DNA of 34,913 nucleotides, from assembly GCA_034660375.1 (NCBI GenBank), contig JAYEIY010000132.1:1-34913 (forward strand), read 5' to 3'. A model generated the notes under the pieces. That model saw only the letters and a list, made by a program, of their open reading frames with translations, did no database searches and had not been told where the DNA came from. The translations under genes were made by a program, and so were the position numbers. Below, piece after piece: positions 29,646 to 34,913 of the stretch (position 1 is its first letter; every line of letters begins with the position of its first letter). Source of the DNA: Verrucomicrobiota bacterium. Its GTDB lineage: Bacteria; Verrucomicrobiota; Lentisphaeria; UBA2565; JAYEIY01.

Positions 29646-30716
29646 TTATCTTCCTATCCGTGTACTCAAGCGTTGCACAAATACCGGCGGAATCAATATC
29701 TTCCGTTTCTTTGCGCCTTTTTCTAGGCGCTCTATGCACTCCATAACCTTATGGCTCCATAATTCCAGATTGAAATCAACTGTTGTAAGATTATCCTGCT
29801 TCGCCCACGGTGTGTTGAAGATGCCGTAAATTCCGACTTGTTCTGGAATCTGTATCCCTGACATACGTAGTGCACCGGTTACAAGGTGTGCCCCGTAATC
29901 ATTTACACAGAGAACTGCTAAGGATTTACTGCTTTTTGCCAAGTTAATTATAGAACTCAGTGATTCCTGAAGATTTTTCTGGCTGAATTTAGAGAATGTT
30001 CCATTTGCCCGTTTGCTTTTCTCTATGACTTTGCAAATCTGTGGTTCTGCAATATCCCAATAATCCTTTAACACTGAAACAAATAAAATGAAATCCTTAT
30101 AGCCGACCTTCAGGGCTTCTTCCGTAAGTAATTGCCACGTTTTGTGCATATCAGTAGAAACCTGTCCAGCATAAATGTCATCTACATTGAAAATGTCGCT
30201 ATTATGATCCAACCATATTAAATTCCTAAATTTACGCCTTGATTTACCAAGTTTTTCTAAAAAAGTCGCTATATTCATCTCCGAAGAAAGAATCAAGTTA
30301 CGTGGACGAAAAGATAAAGCTCTTTCTAACTGCTTAAAAAATTCTTTTTCAGCACCAGGCTCCTTTTTTGCCATCGCACCTGTATCTATAGCCATTAAAA
30401 ACCTGTCAGTTTCAGTAGCTCTACAGGAAAGTTCAAGATAGAGTTTTTCCCATAAATGTCCTTTTAATGGCATTGCAACAACTAGAAGACGTTTATCAAA
30501 ACCAGTGTTTATATAGTCTGTAACGAAATTCCCCGCTCTCCCCCTTCGAATTAAGAGCCCTTTCTTTTCCAAATCCTCTAACGCACGATGAACAGTTGCT
30601 CTGTTAACCCTATATTGCTTGCAAAGCTGTTCTTCTGTTGCAAAACGCTCCTTTGCAGAATACACCGAAAATATCTTTTCTTCAATTTTTTTTGAAATTT
30701 CTAAATATTTATACAT
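29646..30716 (-). CDS. GntR-family regulator with LacI-type sugar-binding domain (AraR-like architecture)
   Basis: N-terminal wHTH TEEQLCKQYRVNRATVHRALEDLEKKGLLIRRGRAGNFV. C-terminal AVLCVNDYGA, IPEQVGIYG, LTTVD, RLST motifs. Confidence 0.9.
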   Translation of the reverse strand: MYKYLEISKKIEEKIFSVYSAKERFATEEQLCKQYRVNRATVHRALEDLEKKGLLIRRGRAGNFVTDYINTGFDKRLLVVAMPLKGHLWEKLYLELSCRATETDRFLMAIDTGAMAKKEPGAEKEFFKQLERALSFRPRNLILSSEMNIATFLEKLGKSRRKFRNLIWLDHNSDIFNVDDIYAGQVSTDMHKTWQLLTEEALKVGYKDFILFVSVLKDYWDIAEPQICKVIEKSKRANGTFSKFSQKNLQESLSSIINLAKSSKSLAVLCVNDYGAHLVTGALRMSGIQIPEQVGIYGIFNTPWAKQDNLTTVDFNLELWSHKVMECIERLEKGAKKRKILIPPVFVQRLSTRIGR

Positions 30717-30848
30717 AATTTTATGTTTTTGGTGTTTTTAAATAAAAAATAAAGAATAAAATAAAGCATACAAACTATGAATATAATCTCTTATTTCAAG
30801 TGTAAAAATAAAAAAAATATCTGTTTTTAGAAAAAAAAAGTAAAAAAC

Positions 30849-30893
30849 TTGATTTTTGTTTGTTTATTTGTATATTAAAATTGATTCAATCAA
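30849..30893 (+). promoter_or_regulatory. Putative promoter and palindromic operator for the divergent sugar operon
   Basis: TTGATT-N16-TATATT (30849-30876) followed by the palindrome TTGATT-C-AATCAA (30881-30893) over the expected transcription start. Confidence 0.4.
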
Positions 30894-31000
30894 ATTGATT
30901 AATTATCTAATATCTAAAAAATAAATAAAATGAGCTTCAATGTAAAAGATGTTCTGCATACAGCGGCCTACCATAAAATAGAAAATCGATAAGGTTTTAA

Positions 31001-31108
31001 ATGAAGAAAATCCATCACTATAATCCTTATGGTAATTTCTGGTTCGCTCATTCAATGCGCGATGAATTAGTCGATTGGCTATGCCCAAAACCACCGGCAT
31101 ACAAATAA
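31001..31108 (+). pseudogene. C-terminal remnant resembling an SGNH/GDSL-type hydrolase
   Basis: Manual translation MKKIHHYNPYGNFWFAHSMRDELVDWLCPKPPAYK*. HxNxxGN followed by a helix resembles SGNH block V. Judged by eye only. Confidence 0.3.
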
Positions 31109-31233
31109 AGCCGACTGTTGTCCTAATATTGCACGCTTAACGTCGAACATTAAATGAATGAAAAGACAAATTTCTCCGAGCTACATGGGGATATTCAAGT
31201 GAAAGAATTAAAAAACAAAAAGGAATAATTAAG

Positions 31234-31827
31234 ATGAATGATTCTCAATTCAATCCTCAATTATATCGTAAATATAACGAAAATGAATTTCAGAAAGTGA
31301 CATTTATCTGTGATGAGTTTCCGACCGTTTTCGGAGAGATTCTTGTTGCAAAATTCGCAGATGGCGGAACTGTTAAAATCGGGAAAAATGTAACGATAAA
31401 TTCTGCTTTCTGGGCTAATCCGGTCGGCGGAACCCAGACCTGTTTTCTAATCAAAGGCGAGGATGCCCTGATCAATATCGGCAACAATGTGGGAATGTCC
31501 AATGTGCTTCTTGCCGCACGCGTGAGCATAAAAATTCATGACAATGTAAATTTGGGCGGTGGCGTTAAAATATTCGATACAGATTTTCACTCTGTTGATC
31601 TTCAGGAAAGGCTTGATGATGTTAATATCCCGAAAAAAGCAGTCGTAATTGAAGAGGGATGTTTTCTCGGTGCTGACGTAATCATCCTAAAAGGCGTAAC
31701 CATTGGCAAGGAATCGGTTGTCGGTGCAGGTTCGGTTGTCGCAAAAAGCATTCCACCAGGCGAAATATGGGGCGGAAATCCGGCAAAGTTCATCAAAAAA
31801 CTAACCAATAAGGAAAAAGTACAATGA
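31234..31827 (+). CDS. Hexapeptide-repeat (left-handed beta helix) O-acyltransferase
   Basis: IGKNVTIN, IGNNVGMS, IFDTDFH, IILKGVTIGKESVVGAGSVV, WGGNPAKFIK. SD AAGGA. Confidence 0.92.
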   Translation: MNDSQFNPQLYRKYNENEFQKVTFICDEFPTVFGEILVAKFADGGTVKIGKNVTINSAFWANPVGGTQTCFLIKGEDALINIGNNVGMSNVLLAARVSIKIHDNVNLGGGVKIFDTDFHSVDLQERLDDVNIPKKAVVIEEGCFLGADVIILKGVTIGKESVVGAGSVVAKSIPPGEIWGGNPAKFIKKLTNKEKVQ

Positions 31828-33077
31828 AATATGAAGAATTAAGATATGGAATGTTCATACATTATGGGCTGTTCAGTATGCTTGGACGTGGCGAATGGGT
31901 AATGAATAGAGAAGAAATCCCCGTGGAAGAATATGCGAAATTAGCAGATAAATTTGATCCGTCTAAGTTTGATGCAGATGCAATATGTGATTTTGCCGTT
32001 AATAATGGTATGAAATACATAGTTTTTACTACAATGCATCATGAAGGTTTCAGACTTTATGATACATATTTGAGTGACTATAATTCTGTTAAAAGTTGTG
32101 GTAGAGATTTGACTCAGGAAATTGTTGATGCCGCAAAACAAAGAGGATTGAAAATTGCTTTGTATCACAGTTTAAATAATTGGTATGATCAACCAGATGC
32201 TGTTGATGCGCTTGAAGATGAAGAAAAATATCAAATTTTCATTAAAAATACTTTTGCAAGGATAAAAGAATTAGTAACAAAATATAATCCTATAGACGTT
32301 CTCTGGTATGATGGTTGGTGGCCTTTTAATGCAGAACAATGGCAGGCGGAAAAAATGAATGCTATGGTTAGAGAAATTCAACCGCATATATTATTTAACG
32401 GACGTAATGGTCTAGATGGTGATTTTGGAACTCCAGAAGGTCATGTATCCGCTCCAAACCCATGGCGGCCATGGGAAGCATGTATTACCTTGAATAATAA
32501 CTGGGGATATCATCGTGGAGACCATAACTGGAAAAATCAGGAAGAACTAATTGATATGCTTGCAAAAGTTGCACAGGGCAACGGAAACCTGCTCCTTAAT
32601 ATTGGACCTAAGGGAGATGGTTCAATTCCTGAAGAATCTGTGACAATAGTTGAAGAAGTAGGTCGTTGGATTAAGAAAAACTCTGAAGCACTTTACAATA
32701 CTGAAATTTTTGATTTTGATTTGCAAGAACGTGGAAATCACAGGGGAGACTGGAGTAATATAGGATCTTTTACTGCAAAAGGGAATAATCTGTACTTCTG
32801 GATTAAGCACTGGGTAGGACAAACATTAACTATAGGAGGTCTGGAATCAAAAGTGAAGAAAGTCTTCTTTTTAGATGGTGGAGAAGAACTTAAATTTCAG
32901 CAAAAAGAAACAAAACTAGTGATTCTTGGTTTGCCGGAAAACCCTCCAGACTCTCTTTGTACGGTATTAAAAATAGAATGCGAGACTCCTCCAGAAATAT
33001 ATCTTTCTGGAGGTATGCGTACTCCCCAAGTAGAACATCCACATTACGATCCATGTCCATCGGATATTCAATTATGA
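31824..33077 (+). CDS. Alpha-L-fucosidase-like glycoside hydrolase, family GH29 (no signal peptide)
   Basis: YGMFIHYG, TTMHHEGF, nucleophile motif LWYDG, TPE, WEAC, WGY, GNLLLNIGP. ATGA overlap with the upstream gene. Confidence 0.93.
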   Translation: MKYEELRYGMFIHYGLFSMLGRGEWVMNREEIPVEEYAKLADKFDPSKFDADAICDFAVNNGMKYIVFTTMHHEGFRLYDTYLSDYNSVKSCGRDLTQEIVDAAKQRGLKIALYHSLNNWYDQPDAVDALEDEEKYQIFIKNTFARIKELVTKYNPIDVLWYDGWWPFNAEQWQAEKMNAMVREIQPHILFNGRNGLDGDFGTPEGHVSAPNPWRPWEACITLNNNWGYHRGDHNWKNQEELIDMLAKVAQGNGNLLLNIGPKGDGSIPEESVTIVEEVGRWIKKNSEALYNTEIFDFDLQERGNHRGDWSNIGSFTAKGNNLYFWIKHWVGQTLTIGGLESKVKKVFFLDGGEELKFQQKETKLVILGLPENPPDSLCTVLKIECETPPEIYLSGGMRTPQVEHPHYDPCPSDIQL

Positions 33078-33103
33078 AAACAAAAATAAAATAAGGTTAA
33101 GGG

Positions 33104-33540
33104 GCATTAATGGCTTTTGTTGGTAATGCGTTTACTATTGATGGTGATAATTATACCATTAAAATAAGCGTGCTACTGCAAATGCTATGTGTGAAAAATC
33201 CTCGCTGTTATTGAACAAGAATATTATTTGGTCATCATTCACGGAAATGGATCACAGTAGGAAATCTTATGCTGTAGCGTGATTTAACCAATAAAAAAGT
33301 TCCTCCAATGCCTCTTGATCTACTTGTTCCACAGACTGAGGGGGGATTAGGATATATCCTACAATATTAATTATTAAATCATTTTCGCCTATATAAAACT
33401 GGTAAATATGTTGTAATAATGACAACACAAGTAAGAATTGATGAAAATGATATAGCATTCAAAAATACTACAAAATCTCTAGACCCTTTTTACTTGAAAG
33501 AAGAATCAAAAGAACTGGATGGAAGGACTATAGATGGAAT
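33104..33540 (+). pseudogene. arcC: Carbamate kinase pseudogene (N-terminal half, multiple frameshifts/stops)
   Basis: Motifs in the expected order across frames: ALMAFVGNAF (ALGGNA-like), LVIIHGNGSQ/VGNLML, VPPMPLDLLV, TEGGLGYILQ, VVIMTTQVRIDENDIAFKNTTKSLDPFY (TQVxVDxxDPAFxNPTKPIGPFY-like). Confidence 0.85.
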
Positions 33541-33808
33541 TTTTTAAAAGTGGATTAAGCTTTCTAAACATGAGAAAAAACTGTAGAACAGGTTGTTGAT
33601 GCAATTTTATTGAAACAATAATTAATTATAATTAGTTATCTCCAATCCAAAAGCGAGATAGAGTCGCACTTAGAAAGATTCGTTGCACTCATCAAAAAAC
33701 TAGCTAAAGAAAAGAAAGAATATCTCTAGCAGTTCTACAAATACCTCAACTTTTCTTTCCAATAGAATGATTTCTTTTTCTAAAAGAAAGGATCTAACTC
33801 CATACTCA

Positions 33809-34673
33809 CACTCTTCACATTACACGCACGGCAACACGCATTTTGGTAGTACGTCATCTCCGAGGACGTGTACAGCTTTTGTTTTCGCTTTCGGAGATAG
33901 CGAAGTACTTTTGGAAACGTTACGAATCACGCGGAGCGGGTAAGCTTGGATTTTCTGGAAAAGATTGTTTTTCCAGAGTGCTTGGCTACCGCGGAGCGAT
34001 AATTCCGAAGCGAGCTTGCGAGCGAGGTTAGAAAACTCGTTTTCCCTTTCTGCGAATGCAGAAATATGGATAATTTTTCTATTTTCTCGGATTTCGGTTG
34101 TTTGAAATTTGAGAGAATGGGGAAAGTATCCCACTTTTCACATTACACGCACGGCAACACGCATTTTAGTAGTACGTCATCTCCGAGGACGTGTACAGCT
34201 TTTGTTTTCGCTCTCGGAGATAGGGAAGTACTTTGGGAAATGTTACGAATCACGCGGAGCGGGTAAGCTCGGATTTTCGGGAAAAGATTGTTTTTCCAGA
34301 GTGCTTGGCTACCGCGGAGCGATAATTCCGAAGCGAGCTTGCGAGCGAGGTTAGAAAACTCGTTCTTCCTTTCTGCGAATGCAGAAATATGGATAATTTT
34401 TCTATTTTCTCGGATTTCGGTTGTTTGAAATTTGAGAGAATGGGGAAAGTATCCCACTCTTCACATCACACGCACGGCAACACGCATTTTAGTAGTACGT
34501 CATCTCCGAGGACGTGTACAGCTTTTGTTTTCGCTCTCGGAGATAGCGAAGTACTTTGGGAAACGTTTTGGATCACACGGAGTGGGAGAGCTCGGATTTT
34601 CGGGAAAAGATTGTTTTTCAGGAAACTTGGCTACCGCGGCAGCGATATTCCCGGAGCGAGGAACGAGCGGAGG
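33809..34673. repeat. Tandem array of a 323-bp structured non-coding unit (2 full copies plus about 0.7 diverged copy)
   Basis: Units start at 33809, 34132 and 34455 (CACTYTTCACATYACACGCACGGCAACACGC). Copies 1 and 2 differ at about 10 positions with no indels. Copy 3 diverges increasingly and ends near 34673. Confidence 0.97.
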
Positions 34674-34684
34674 GCTTGCACTTT

Positions 34685-34721
34685 CAATTCCCCAATTCTG
34701 CAATTTCCCAATTCCACAATT
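34685..34721 (+). repeat. Octamer microsatellite (CAATTCNN-like) x4.6
   Basis: CAATTCCC CAATTCTG CAATTTCC CAATTCCA CAATT. Confidence 0.8.
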
Positions 34722-34859
34722 AAAAATCCTAACTCATTTATTTATCCCAAATTCTTACTTAAAAATCAGAGTTTATTGTATCGTACTTGTTCAAAGTAGG
34801 TTATTATTCAAGTAAAACTAAAGCTAATTAGTCGACAAAAATAGGATTTTTGTCAGATT

Positions 34860-34913
34860 ATGAAGAAGAAAAAACACCTGAAGTATGAAGAAAAGAGTTT
34901 GTTGTTAAAGCAT
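34860..34913 (+). CDS. Possible start of a CDS running off the window end
   Basis: ATG then 17 open codons (MKKKKHLKYEEKSLLLKH). Too short to identify. Confidence 0.2.
   Translation, partial: MKKKKHLKYEEKSLLLKH

Noticed and set aside
1956-32822. Numerous short antisense or alternate-frame ORFs overlapping the cyclase, folC, rpsA, tuf, rpoBC, fusA, ribosomal protein and GH29 genes
   Set aside because: They are shadow ORFs of well-supported genes, with no motifs or independent translation signals.
33560-33808. Possible additional gene fragment between the arcC remnant and the repeat array
   Set aside because: Only short open stretches with no recognisable motif. Cannot be supported without a translated search.
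33809-34673. CRISPR array, or coding repeats (ORFs of 62-136 aa on both strands)
   Set aside because: The whole 323-bp unit repeats with no unique spacers and no cas genes are present. The ORFs occur in several frames on both strands, lack recognisable motifs, and 323 is not a multiple of 3.

Overview
AT-rich bacterial chromosome segment. Gene order and protein sequences suggest the PVC superphylum, possibly Lentisphaerota (inference, not a database result). The core (8.3-29.4 kb, + strand) is the translation/transcription supercluster: rpsA, tRNA-Thr(GGT), tuf, rpmG, tRNA-Trp, secE, nusG, rplKAJL, rpoBC, rpsLG, fusA, rpsJ, rplCDWB, rpsS. It stops at a strong terminator after rpsS, so rplV-rpsC-rplP and the rest of the S10 operon are missing here. 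The left flank has a GTAG-type REP hairpin, a broken HTH/transposase-like gene bracketed by 51-bp direct repeats, a CHASE2 adenylate cyclase, folC and two membrane protein genes. The right flank is an eroding accessory region: a GntR/LacI-type regulator, a hexapeptide acyltransferase, a GH29 fucosidase and a carbamate kinase pseudogene. It ends in the most unusual element of the window, a non-coding tandem array of about 2.7 copies of a 323-bp unit packed with hairpins and containing an attC-like subelement. The core genes also carry natural resistance-type substitutions (RpoB H526N-equivalent, S12 K88R-equivalent).
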